Assembly: GCA_012026655.1 (NCBI GenBank)
Contig: JAAILG010001126.1
Location: 1-64,000 of the forward strand
Direction: 5' to 3'
DNA length: 64,000 bases
Origin: Hydrolagus affinis
Taxonomy: Eukaryota
The notes under the pieces were generated by a model that saw only the letters and a program-made list of their open reading frames with translations, had not been told where the DNA came from and did no database searches. This document shows, piece after piece, positions 1-64,000 of the stretch. Numbering within the stretch: position 1 is the first letter of the stretch; each line of letters begins with the position of its first letter. The translations under genes and the position numbers were made by a program.

Positions 1-119
1 TTCACCCCCGCCCAAACACTCCCCCCCCAGCTCGGGTCACACGCCCCCTGTGCAGCGCCTTGGGACGTCCTCCCGACGTGAAAGGCGCTCTATAAATGTA
101 ATTTGTTGTTGTTGTTGTT
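1..119 (+). mobile_element. L2 LINE 3' end with (GTT)n tail
   Basis: cagcgccttgggacgtcc..gtgaaaggcgct.tataaatgtaatt+(gtt)n; same tail as the L2 ORF2 remnant ending near 20455. Confidence 0.75.
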
Positions 120-614
120 ACAAAGCTGACCTTGAAGTGATTTACAAATGTCTGTACACTCAACTGGCATCTGTGCATTCTGAAAACTAGTTATCACAAA
201 TATTTGCTGTTCAAAATCTCCTGTTCGGTCAGAGATTACTTTAACATTCTGTGGGATTTGAGATGGGCCAACTACCAGAATCAGCCACATTCCCAACAAT
301 TGATCAGGTTAAATATTAATCCACCACCTCTCATGGTAATGGGGCTAAAGGAAATATTTAGGGAAAATGGTGAATACTAAATTGAGGAAATTTAAAAAAA
401 ATACTAATTCCAGCATGTGGCTTTGTAAAATTTGTGGACAAAGACGGGAAAAGTTGTCTTGCTTGTTAATACCTCCAGTCTAACTGTAATGGTAACATTA
501 CAGGCTAAATGCATAGAGATAGCAATTTGATTTGAAACTTCGAGAACACCCACCTTTTTGTTATCCCAGCTCAGGCTTTGGGTAGTGTTTAATTGTGGGA
601 ACCTCCTGTTCTAA

Positions 615-835
615 GATGACAATCCAATGCATTACTGGGGATGTGCTGCATTGATGGAGGTGCCATCCCGTGGATGAAACATTAAACCAAAATCCCATTC
701 AAGTGGACGTTGAAGAATTCTTGGCACAACTCAGAAAGAGAAGGGAGTTTCTCCTAGACAGCAATCCCACCCCTTGCCCACCACCAACACTTTTTGTGGG
801 ACATTGCTACATAAAAATTGGGTTTTATGTTCACC
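615..835 (+). mobile_element. Deu-domain SINE remnant (AmnSINE1/SacSINE1-like)
   Basis: tgctgcattgatggaggtgccatcccgtggatgaaacattaaacc...agtggacgttgaaga...agggagtttctcc...tttgtgggacattgct resembles the Deu core as I recall it. Confidence 0.6.
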
Positions 836-1509
836 CATAAATAATCATTACACTTTATAGTAAATCTTATGAAGCCCTGTGAACAATCTTCCTAATGTGA
901 AAGTCACTGTAGCAAATGCAAGGATAATTATAAAGGGAAAAATGTTTGCATTTGAAACATTGCAGAGGTGTTTATTTAACACCAAGCATTGGGGAGAAGC
1001 TTTAGTGCTGTGCGTTCTGGGTTGGTTTCTTGTAATTTCACAGGTTCTCCCATCAGCTGCAGACCAAATGTTTTCTTTTCTTTGGCTGAAAATAAGCACG
1101 CCAAGTTGACACACCAGCTGCAGCATGTTTCTCAAAAAAATCTCAGAAGTACGAAGTTGCCAAGACAGCAAGGCTAAACATTAGATACAAAATGTACTCT
1201 ACTAAAGCTGAGTCCTCTGACCACATTGATAAATACCTTGTTGATATGAATCAACAACAGCTGGATAATTAGTACAGATGCGTGGAATAACAATTGCTTA
1301 CGTTACTAGATTGGGGTGGGAGAATAGCGAAAAAGTTGGCACAAAAAAAGGAGCAGCCTTTTTAACCCAGTGCCAATAAATGATAGCTGAACATCCCAAG
1401 GCTCAACTGAACAAACAATACAGCTTGAACTGAATGCCCCCGAATTATGTTTTTTTTTAATACTGTACCTTTGGTTTATTTTTTATTCCCTCTCTACAAT
1501 CGTGTAGTA

Positions 1510-1757
1510 GTAATAATAATCATCCTTAGGTTTGATGTAGAGCATTCCATGGTGGGAGCATGTCTCAAAGAGCTTCACAGCACCAATCCTGTAAATGGAA
1601 GGCGGCCACTTACTTCATAGAAATTGCAGCAAACCAGCTGCCATGTTCGCCTACATTTACCCAATCGGTATACTTCACTATAACTCCATCCAGTGAAGCT
1701 CTGTGAGACATTGCACACATGTGATAAAGCATTATATCAAATGCAAGAATTATTATA
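1510..1757. mobile_element. two SINE 3' fragments in opposite orientation with (ATT)n tails
   Basis: taataataatcatcctt..tttgat (minus) followed by gtgaagc..gtgataaagcattatatcaaatgcaagaattatta (plus). Confidence 0.55.
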
Positions 1758-2908
1758 TTCTGTAAAGGGAGTGACTGTGTACTGTGAGTATTTGAGTAAG
1801 GTTTTAAACAAATATCAGCAAATTAATTTCACTGGCTTATATTTTTAATGTGTTCTTGGATTTTTTTAAAATGCAGACAAGCAGGTAAAGTTGGGATTTT
1901 GTGTCAGGACTAAATCATTTTCTGCCTTATGTATTTAAATCCTTTTTAAATTAATATAAATGCATATAAAAAAGACAAACTAATAGCAGTTCTCAAAAAG
2001 AGAACTATCATTTCCATCCTTTTTATCTCTGCTTCCCCAAACCTATGCGCCTTGGGGCAGTGTACAGAGCAAAACCTCAAAGCACTACATTATTATGACC
2101 AGTTGCTATTTTGTATGAGTTTTACATTTGATGTTCACAAGATTAGTTTGAATCAAAATGGCCCTTCACCCCATCTCTTCTCATTCTTCCAGAAGATCTC
2201 CCTATCACAATATAATAGCATAACTCTGGTTTTAAATGAGAACAGTATCCTGGCCTCAGCCATCCTTCTTGGCAACTATTTCCAGTTGTTAGTTACCTTC
2301 TGATTAAAGATAAGCCTCCTGGCATCTGTCCTGAAATTTCCCTTTGCAACTCCAAATCTATGGCAAGCTGTTCTTAATTCCTGTAAGTGCTGTTGTGTTC
2401 TTCCAACTCTTCTGGTAGAATTGATTTTTTTTCTATTTAAGAACCAGATCTATCGTTTGACATTGAAATTCTTGAGCATTGAATGGTCTGGGATCTGTAT
2501 AGCTTAATTTACTCACAGAACAAAAATGACTGAAAATAGCCACAATTCAATGAGTAATGAAACTGGAAACTACAAAATGGTAGACAAAAAGGCAACAATA
2601 TGCACTGAAAATAATGTCTATACAAACCACATCCAACAACAGCAAGTACTTAATGTGGAAACATCTGCATCAGTCTGGTGAAATGTAACAGAGCATGAAT
2701 GTTTCATGGTCTGGGAATTTCTCTCAGAGCTAAATGAAAACATAGTTTGGTGACCTTTTTCCTGTTTGAGGGAAAAAAAGATGACCAATTTCAGAGTCAA
2801 CCGAGTGAGTGAGAGTAGTGAGTGAGAGCAGTGAGGTTCCAGGGTTATTCAGACATTGCTGTGGTGCTGAGCAGCAGATCGATTGAAATTTTGGTTTGAT
2901 CTTTGGGA

Positions 2909-2944
2909 TATGTGTGTGTGTATATATGTGTGTGTGTGTGCGTG
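2909..2944. repeat. (TG)n/(TA)n microsatellite
   Basis: tgtgtgtgtgtatatatgtgtgtgtgtgtg. Confidence 0.8.
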
Positions 2945-2998
2945 AAGGGCAATATTTGAGTGAATGCATTTAATTAGCTTGATTCTTTTCTGGGGTCA

Positions 2999-3769
2999 GC
3001 TGTGTGTCTGACACATGCGGAAAACCATCACCATAATTAAAAGTATCCAAACCAAACTGAGAATTCCACACATTCCCACCTCCACATGGAAATCCCAGAC
3101 ATAGGTTGTTGGAATAGAATGCACTCTCTGCTTGGAGGGCCAAATCCTGCTTACCTCATTCCGGAAAGGATTAGGTGCGGGATGGCCGGAACCGAGGCTT
3201 GGGGCATAGGCTTTGAGTTTGATCTGAAAGTTAGCAAACTGGTTGGACAAACATTTAGTGATACTAAAACAGCCTGGCTCTTTAGGGAGTTGTGAAGCAT
3301 CACAGGATGAGGACAATTCTTGGGAGTACAGTGTACAAACCTTTCACATCGTGGGACATTCCACTTGGAGATGTCCTATGAATGATTGCCATGCCTGACG
3401 AGCCAGCCTTCCAGCAGCACTTTGGCTCCTGTTGCTGTGCAGATTCAGAGCCACTTTGGGAAATAATTGTAACTCAATGTGTTAATTAGTGGCAGGAATT
3501 TGAGCATTTTCCCTCTTGTGGCAGCTGCTAATGATGCCTGTGAGGAACAGTTTATTTGTTCTGCCTTCCCTCTTGCCAACCTGCGCATAATACATTCCAG
3601 AATTAGGTAAGCAGGATGTGATCCTCCAGGGAGAGAGTGCACATTCTATTCAAATCCAACAGTCTATCTCTGGGATTTCCATGTGTAGGTGGGGATGTGT
3701 GGAATTCTCAGCTGGGTTTGGACACTCTTAACCGTGGTGATGGGTTTCCGCGTGGGTCAGACACCCAGC
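2999..3769. mobile_element. foldback/MITE-like element with ~200-bp imperfect terminal inverted repeats
   Basis: 2999-3198 is the reverse complement of 3563-3769 (gctgtgtgtctgacacatgcggaaaaccatcacc / ggtgatgggtttccgcgtgggtcagacacccagc; ctgagaattccacacattcccacct / aggtggggatgtgtggaattctcag). Confidence 0.8.
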
Positions 3770-4194
3770 GTTTTTGGACACCCCACAATTATTTCTGACA
3801 GTGAGTCACTGGTGAAAATTCACACTTTCCAATGCAAATAGCATTGCTCAACAACAAAAGAAGTAAAATCAAACGTGAATAATCTCTTTAGGAGTCTGCT
3901 CATTTAAATGTCTGAATTATGATAAATTGAAGGGCGCTATAAATCTCTATTAAAGTTGTGAATGATTCAAATCAAATTGAAATAGCCTCTGAGCTCATGT
4001 AAATTGTTTGCTGCTACTTTGTAGGAAATGAAGGAAATGAAGAAAAAAGCTGATTGATGGCTAGAGTACACAACAGAATATTGTATTAAACTTCAACTTG
4101 ATAATCCTATTTATCAATTATTCGCAACTTCAATAATTGTGAAAATGCAACAAGTGTGAAATAGAAATATATTCATAAACTATTGAAAATATTA

Positions 4195-4500
4195 GAATAT
4201 ACAGCTGGCCCATTTGGTTATTACACAGCTGGTTCATTCGGCTGGTCTATGTCAGTGTTTATGCTTCATATGAGCCTCCTCCTGCCCTTCCTTAACTAAT
4301 CCTACAAGCATAACCTTCTATTCCTTTCTCCTTCATGTACCTATTTAGCTTCCCCTTAAATACATCTATGCCATTTGCCTCAACAACTCCCTGTGGTAGT
4401 AAGTTCCACATTCCCACTACTCTCAGCGTAAAGAAATTTCTTCTAACTTCCCTATTTGGGACTATTTTATATTGGTCTCCCCCACAAGTGGAAACAATTG
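4195..4500 (-). mobile_element. CR1 LINE 3' fragment
   Basis: Minus-strand ORF contains RRNFFTLRVVGMWNLLPQGVVEANGIDVFKGKLNRYM, the CR1 ORF2 C-terminus. Confidence 0.85.
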
Positions 4501-4626
4501 AGAACAAGTCTTTGATGTGACTAAAAGCCAAATATGAGAAGGCAGGAAGCAATATTGTACCATAGGTATGAAGAGATCTTGCAATGACCAGCATTCATTG
4601 ATTTCTATGGAAGGAATGTTTGATAA

Positions 4627-4669
4627 GATTTCCCACTGTGATTTCCCACTGTGATTTCCCACTGTGATT
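4627..4669. repeat. 13-bp tandem repeat (gatttcccactgt) x3.3
   Basis: Directly visible in sequence. Confidence 0.9.
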
Positions 4670-4984
4670 CAAACTGTACTGTTTGACTCCGTTGACTCAG
4701 TTGGTCCTGAGTATATGAGGACCTTGTATTACGTAGCAGTCACAATACAGAGATGGGATTACAGAAGATTATATGTAACAAGTTATTACTTTTATGCCAT
4801 TTGAATAGATTTTTGAACAAATATTCCAGTAGAAGTTAGAATTGCAAATTAAATTTTAGAATTTAAGGCAGACCTGATGGTTCAAGTACTCTGGGATGCT
4901 ACTTTGCAAGAATGGCACTATATAAATTCTAGTCATTGTTATTGCTACTGATTGTATTGGTCTTTTTTGGTCCTGTATGTTCAC

Positions 4985-5295
4985 AGTCCAGGCTGAGCCT
5001 GCAATCAGTGCTGGGGAAGAGCTGCATTATCATCCTTCAGGTGAAATGTTAACCCGAGATCCTTTTTGAAAGACTATGATACTTTTTAAAAAGATAAGGG
5101 AGTTTCTCTCTGTTTCCAGGCCAAGAATCCTACAGATAAAACCTCAAAGCTGTTTGTGGAACATGACTACACACAGATTGGCTTTCCTGTTTATTTCCAA
5201 ATACAGATTCATCGCACAACAGAGGAAAATCCTGTGAAGTATTTTTTTTGAGATGTTTCAACGTCTCAAATCAGGCATGGTATCAAATATAAAGG
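4985..5295 (+). mobile_element. Deu-domain SINE remnant
   Basis: ccaggctga..cagtgctgggga..gctgcatt..cttcaggtgaaatgttaacccgag..gggagtttctctctgtttccaggccaa..gctgtttgtggaac. Confidence 0.5.
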
Positions 5296-6965
5296 TTATA
5301 AATCTTTGGTCCTACATTTTCAAAGTGAGAATGTCTAATTTGATATGGTCTGTATTAGAAATGCTTCACTGGACAAGTCTAAATATCTCATAGTTTCTAT
5401 ATTTATTAAGATAAAGGGAGGTTCATTATTTCCTGTACGCCACACAACTGGATGCATCTGCGTAAATGTATAATATTATAATTCAGCATCATCTTATTTA
5501 AATTTTCCTCCTTCAAACCCTTAATTGCTAGGAATTAAGGATCCCATTGGCTTCTACTTGTATTCCACCAAGATCACACTGACCTTGGCACTATTCCCGA
5601 AAAGACAATATGAAAACAGTGTGAGGCAGTAATAAACAAGGCAAACAAGATGATGACAAATTGCCAGATCAATTGAGTTTCAGATTCCCAGAAATAATGT
5701 TCAAGATCGGGTCAGATAGCATCTAGACTACTGTGTACAGTTCTGGGTATTAGAACATAAGAGGATTGGTAGGAGTTTTATTGAAGATTCTAATTTTTTC
5801 ATCAACGTACGGCAAATAATTTCTACTACATGTTTGTCTTAGGAGTAAATTAGGTATATTATCATGTCAAGGATCTGAGTATTTGTACTGATTCTCAGTA
5901 ATTTTTCAGGTGGGCAGTCAATGCTGGCCAACAGCTTAATGTATTACATTAAGGCTATATATCAAGAGTCAACCTTTACACACCATGGTGCATATCCACT
6001 AAATATTCTGTTAGTAACAGGACCGAGCAATATAATTAAAGATAGCTGAGTTGTTTAATTGATTCCTATTCAGCCTATTCAAGTTGATACTAAAGATGCT
6101 GTGGAGCTACTCAAAAAGTGAAAGGAGTTTGGTGATTCACTGCATGGCTGCACAACTGTATGTGGGACATTGTCTTCTGTCCTCCCAATGTGAAAGGTGC
6201 TCTATAAATGTGATTCTGTTGTTGTTGTTGTTCTGAAAATTGACTGCTGTGTTTGCTTCCAAATAAACAGTCACTACACTTTTCAATAAATCCTGCAAAG
6301 GGTTTGTGGCTTCCTCCAGATATGAAAGATGGTGCTATTTGAAATGAAAGGATTATTAGTATTTATTATTAATATGTTGAATAATATTTCTGGGCTATAG
6401 GACCACTGGAGTGACAATGAGGGAAAGACAACTGATTGAAGATGGTTGAATCATGTAGGAACAAAGGTTACAGCATTTTGGAGACTTGCTTACTTTATCT
6501 TGGGGCAGGAGGCCAGAATCTTTACTCAGGAGGTGTAGACCCATGCTGGACTGGATTGTAGTTTGACTATAAATGCCTTTCCTTGCTTCTTGCTTATTAT
6601 TTTTATAATAGATTTTTATTTTTTATAGCCTACATCTGTTCTGAATCTGTAAAAATATTCAAGTTTGAACATTTATGAGATCTTATTATTCAGCTGTGGG
6701 CAATACTTTCCTATTGGTTCACTAGTCCAGCGAAATGTATTTTCTCTTGAACACTTCCTCCCCTCCGTCTCTCTCACCCCCCCCACCCTTTCCATGTCCT
6801 TCTGTCCCTCCACATCTATTGGCAGCAGTGATAGTTGGAGATTGTTTGCTCCAAATAATGCTTTATACCAATAATGAGCCATGGATATAGTGTTTATTCT
6901 TTGATTGATGTAATCTCACAAATGTGAAATCTGTTGATCAATATTAGTAACCAATATATCCCATT

Positions 6966-7250
6966 GGAGCTCAGTGGAGGTTACAGCACACGCCTTACTA
7001 GCGAGAGATCTGGGTTCAATTCCAGGCAGGGTGAACCCTTGGGCAAGTTTATTTACTCCATAAGCCTAATAATAATCCCCCCAAAAAATTGGTCATTTCA
7101 ATCCATGACTGTTCGTGGGACACTGCTGAGTGCAATTGTCTGCTGAGTTTCGCCCACATATGTACAGTCAATTCATTTTACAATATATTCCGTGAAGTGC
7201 TCTAGAAAATGTGAAAAGTGCTATATCAAATACAAGGATTACTATTATTA
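6966..7250 (+). mobile_element. tRNA-derived SINE with (ATT)n tail
   Basis: A-box-like agctcagtgg and B-box ggttcaattcc; body and tail shared with the copy at 37663-38036. Confidence 0.8.
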
Positions 7251-9634
7251 TAAAAACCACTACATCTCAGTTCCATTTTCAACAACTGGTAATAAGTACA
7301 GTTTGAAAATACTGTTGTAAAGTCTTCAGTTTCGCTGCAAATGAGCTGTTGGCTTGTGTTACAGAATGGAAGTAACCATTAATATGAGTTTTACTTCTTT
7401 CCAGCTTGATAATGATAATAATACTCGCATTTTGATATAACCCCATATTATGTTGTCAAGATATCTCAATGATCTTACTATGAATTGTAGTGACTGTATT
7501 TGTAGGTGAATAGGAGATCAAGTTCAGCAAATATTTTTCATACACATTTTTGGATGAGTCATGTATCTATAACTTGACCTAACTCATGAATTTGTTGATA
7601 GAATCAAGTTCCGCTTCAAAATCTGTCAATTTAATACTTGATGCTTTTTTAAACAAATTTTTACCATGACAACTATTTACCTTTAAAGAAAAATCAGAAA
7701 TCTTATTATAGCACAACAATAGGTATTGTAGCATTATCCAAACTCATAAAAGCACATATTAAAAATAAAATTAATTGTTATGTAACATGTATTTTATGGG
7801 GAATATTTCAGAGCCCAAGTATGATTTATATTTACACTGGAGGTGTTGATCATTGTTCAGTCAAAGCCTTATTGCTCACAAATCAATTGGCCAGCGAATA
7901 TTAGTACAGGTTCTAGTCAGTTAGAATTGACCCTATTCCTATAATTCTTTCGATTAGAAGATTACATTACGTAATACCATTACATGGCATACATTGATGC
8001 CATGTAATGCCATTACATAATGCCATTTATTACAATATTCTCATGACAGGATCAAGTTATTTCTTGTCTGTACCAGTGTCTTGGAACATCCTCCCAATGT
8101 AAATGGCACTATCCAAATGTACTTTTGTATTACATTTTACTACCTTCCTGGTAAATATTTTAATTGTCTGCAACTTATGTCTCTTTCACCTATCCCCTTG
8201 GCAGGTTCTCTCTCATCCAGGCAGTCTGCACGCTTCCTTGTTTTACTTGTTATGTACTATTGAAGCTCAGTTTACATTATTGTTCCAGGCATATACCTTG
8301 TCAAGTTCTCTCTCTTAGGTTTTGGCTGCCTCTTCTGTTTTTCTCCCCCCCATCTGTTTCTCAGCTGCAAATCCTTGATGGGACTGATCCCAAAACATAT
8401 AAGAGAGTTGGCAGTGAAGGAGATGAGGATTGTTTTTTTCAATGTTTTTCAGCAGGTTTCTAGTTTTCACATTTAAAATGTGTGAAATGAAATGTAACCT
8501 GAGAAGATGCAAAATGACCAACGTATTTTGATCCAACACATTAGCCATACTGCTATTCAATTTTGATAGAGCAACATAATGAAATAAGGTGATTAACTTA
8601 CAAAACAGATGATTTCTATTACGAATTGTAGTTTCTTGGATCCTATAAGAATAATACCCCTCAGATTCTCTCCTCCAGAATAGGTTGTAGGTATGAGGAG
8701 TTTAAAATAAAATACGTACACATTTATGTTAAAAAGGCTCATTCTCACTGTTTATCCTCCTTGGGGAGATGAAAGCTGGGTTGCCTTGGAGCTGAACTGG
8801 TTCCCTGCAGGGAGAGAGGGTGCACATTCCATTCCAGACACAGGAAAATTTCCATGGCCTGTTTGGATTCCATCTTAAAACTGGTTTCCACACCAGTCTG
8901 ACCAAAAATAAACTGGCTGAGCAATTGGGAGAACATTGCCAGCATGTAAAACTCGTGTGAATTGTTGTAAATCAGTCAAATTGAACAAAACTCCTCTTCT
9001 GATCAATACATTTTATATTGATTAACTTTTGTTAAAAAAAAAGTATTCATCATAATAATAAATAATCCTTGCATTTGATCTAGCGGTTTTCACGTCTTCT
9101 AGACCAGCAAAGTAGGATCAGGAGGTGAAGGAAATATCATGAAAACTGCTGTATATTTAGAACCCATTCCAATATCGGATATTACTAGAATCCATCTTCA
9201 ATCAACTTGGGGTTTATCACATTATGAACCACGGGAATTTTGCCTACAAGATAGATAGATATATTGGCTGCAAAATGCCAAAGTTAGGTATGAAGAAAAA
9301 AGCTTTCTCATACACTCGGTGACAAAATAACAATGTAACTGAACACAGTTGTAGTAAAGGACATCTATCCCCATAAGTGTTCCAGTGACAGACTTTGTGT
9401 GAACGTGTGAATGCTAAGTGCATTAATATTATCATTGTTTGGAATAAACCTTTGAAGTAAGTGATGGAGGAGTAACATTGGGGTTATTTAAAATGAGTGC
9501 AGACAGATTGGGAGGATTCTCCTGGGAAAATGAGCTTTGATTATCTGAATAAGCCTTTCTTCATCCCAGATTTAGTGTAAATCAAACAGGATTTACATTT
9601 TTTTACCTTACTTTTCTTTTCTCTCTCTCTTTAG

Positions 9635-61893
<52,259 letters not shown>

Positions 61894-62272
61894 AATAAAA
61901 AGACTTGGAGACTTTGAAGACATTCCTGGACTCTTGAACTAATGGCTGATCAAATCAGCACTGTACATACAAGTATTTAGAACTTCCTGGCCTTCAAAAC
62001 CAATTATTTATTTTTCATATGAACCCCATTGGTAAAATTAAGATGTGATTTAAAAACTGATTTTGTGCAGTTTTTAGTACCACAAAAATCTATGAATTTC
62101 CCTTATTACAGCAGGAGTCGAAGTAGTAAGGTCTTCACTACAAACTCCAAAGAGGGTTCTAAAATCTCGACTCGGAACTCTTGTGTCTTGCCCATAAATC
62201 AGATTATGCTCATATATAAAACTTGCACACAACTTTTACAAAGATGTAGTTTAAAGAATCCCCTAGTTTAAG

Positions 62273-62280
62273 CTACCTCA
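62273..62280 (+). promoter_or_regulatory. let-7 8mer seed site (CTACCTCA)
   Basis: Exact 8mer; let-7 sites are typical of fibrillar collagen 3' UTRs. Confidence 0.65.
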
Positions 62281-62326
62281 TCTCTGCCAGAAGCTAGGAT
62301 GCTTGTCTTATTCATTTTTTTTCCAA

Positions 62327-62402
62327 GGTGCTAATATTCCCAGGGCTTCCTTCTGTGTTTGTTTACAGAACCAGGAGACAGAGTAAAGATACGATGGTGC
62401 TA
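62327..62402 (+). promoter_or_regulatory. two miR-29 seed sites (GGTGCTA 62327-62333; TGGTGCTA 62395-62402)
   Basis: Exact seed matches; miR-29 is the canonical collagen-repressing miRNA. Confidence 0.7.
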
Positions 62403-63693
62403 GATACAAAAAAAAATCTAATTTCTTGTAATCTTTGATGAAGTAGCTGTAACCCTACAACATATTGTCATGTTAATAGCCATTTTAATATAACAGTTGT
62501 GTCTACATTCCTTAAGTATGGATGATGTTTCTGATATCAGTTAGTAAAAGAAATGTCCACAAGAACTTTCAAGTAAAGCATGTAGACAGATCCAATTTTG
62601 CATTGTTTCTTTTCTCTCTCCCTTCAACGATGTTCTTTAATTCTCCAATAAAAAGAACCATTTTACAAGGAAACCAGCAATATAATTTGGTTGATTTAAT
62701 TGAATATTTTTTTTCCAATAATGATTTATAAGCTTTCATAAAATAGTTAACTCATGCCTTAATGTGCCTCTCACTCCAACCCGCTTATTGCTGTTGTTTT
62801 ACAGCATATTGCAATGTGCTTATTAGCCAATGTATCATTCATGGAAGTCATATTGTCTGAACCTTTTATTAAATTCAATAAACAGCTTTCAAATTTAGTG
62901 GATAGAAATTAAAGTGTAATTTAGAACAAGTTCTTATTTACTTCAGTATCAGTATATAATATTACATTTCTAGAAAGATTTTCTTGACTGAGATACAAAG
63001 ATAAAGTTATTCAAGTGACTAATAGTATCATCAATATTGTGACTGACAGAGATTCCGGTTAATTCAGTGAGTTATTTCTTTGTAGAATCAATGGTCAGGT
63101 ACTAATCCATTCTATCCTTCAATATGCTACCATAAGAGTGACTAACTTGGTTGAATTTTCACCATAAAAACACCTATAAAGGGAGAAATTCCACCTGTTG
63201 GGATTTTCTCAATTCCTGCAGCATTTTGAGCAACCAAAATTTGGCCAGTTGTTGAATGCAGTTTTTAACTTTAAAACTGGTTTTCTGTTGGTTTGTTAAA
63301 GAACTTGCAGAAAAACAGTTTCAACATGGAGGCTGTATTTAAGAACTTGTCAAAATCAAAAACATTACATACATAAAATAAATCCAGGCCCAGGTGGAAT
63401 TTCTGTCGAATAGTTGCTCTTTCATCTCAATACAGGTAGTTATTTGGTGGGATTCTCTCTCGTGGATTTTGAAGGGGAGATTTCTGCTTATTTCTGTTCT
63501 GTTCTATCGAAGCTTGCCACAAAACAAAAACTTTTTACTTTTATTTCACAATGTGTTTGTATTCTGTTTGCATTATAGTACCTTTTGGTTTCCTTTATGT
63601 ATGCATTGAAGTATCGAGACAATGTTTGGTTTAAAGGCAACTTAATTACAATTCATCAATAAATGCTTCAGCAACATGTTATTCAAATACATT

Positions 63694-63701
63694 TGGTGCT
63701 A
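63694..63701 (+). promoter_or_regulatory. distal miR-29 8mer site (TGGTGCTA)
   Basis: Exact 8mer downstream of several AATAAA signals. Confidence 0.55.
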
Positions 63702-64000
63702 TTTGGATAGGAACGTTTATCTTCAGGTGGATCAGAGTGTTATTCATAATTCTTAGGCATAAAACTCCACTCTCGCCAGAGACTTGTATAACACTTTGCC
63801 TGCTGTGCTTTTTGGGAGGGAGCCTTATGTTTTTAGCTTGCTGTAAGACTCAATTTAACCATTGAATTCCTATGCAACTGCTTTTATGTAATACAATACT
63901 TCAAATGAATAGGAACATTAAATGTTAAAGCAATTTTGTAGTGTTTTAAGCTTTTCTTATGCATACTAATATAGAGAACACAGAGCTTGTGAGGAGCTGC

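Larger units (their letters stand above)
61894..63930 (+). other. 3' UTR of the collagen gene (3' end uncertain; several candidate polyA signals)
   Basis: Largely repeat-free AT-rich sequence after TAA. AATAAA at ~62647, ~62877, ~63378 and ~63658; ATTAAA at ~63917. Confidence 0.6.

Noticed and set aside
848-1177. Cluster of 60-107-aa ORFs on both strands
   Set aside because: No recognisable domain or splice context; expected by chance.
4627-4669. CRISPR-like or regulatory repeat array
   Set aside because: Simple 13-bp tandem repeat with no spacers, in vertebrate DNA.
1-9634. Exon 1 (signal peptide), promoter and 5' stem-loop of the collagen gene
   Set aside because: I found no ATG plus hydrophobic signal peptide ending in a phase-1 donor. 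The region is repeat-rich and behaves like intron 1.

Overview
Eukaryotic genomic DNA, AT-rich and dense in repeats. The repeat families suggest a cartilaginous fish, possibly a chimaera (inference). Almost the whole window is one + strand clade-A fibrillar collagen gene, best matching COL5A2. I traced 53 exons (exons 2-54 in human COL5A2 numbering, 9635-61893). All have AG/GT boundaries and join into one uninterrupted frame of about 1453 aa: VWC domain, minor helix, N-telopeptide, 339 perfect Gly-X-Y triplets and COLFI C-propeptide. Exon 1 (signal peptide) was not found and presumably lies upstream of the window. The 3' UTR carries three miR-29 seed sites and a let-7 site. Introns hold L2 and CR1 LINE remnants, tRNA-derived and Deu-type SINEs, Tigger/pogo MITEs, a hAT element, a foldback element and Penelope-like termini with minimal hammerhead ribozyme cores. 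The most notable points are: a C-propeptide with all 8 cysteines (human alpha2(V) lacks Cys3, by recall), suggesting homotrimer competence; a proline-poor helix (about 17%); a KGRR in place of KGHR at the helical K87 cross-link site; an intact-looking minimal hammerhead nested in a hAT element; and a self-complementary pogo MITE carrying a TIGD2-like transposase start. Comparisons with human sequences are from memory, not database searches. Most supplied ORFs are spurious, exon read-throughs or LINE remnants.
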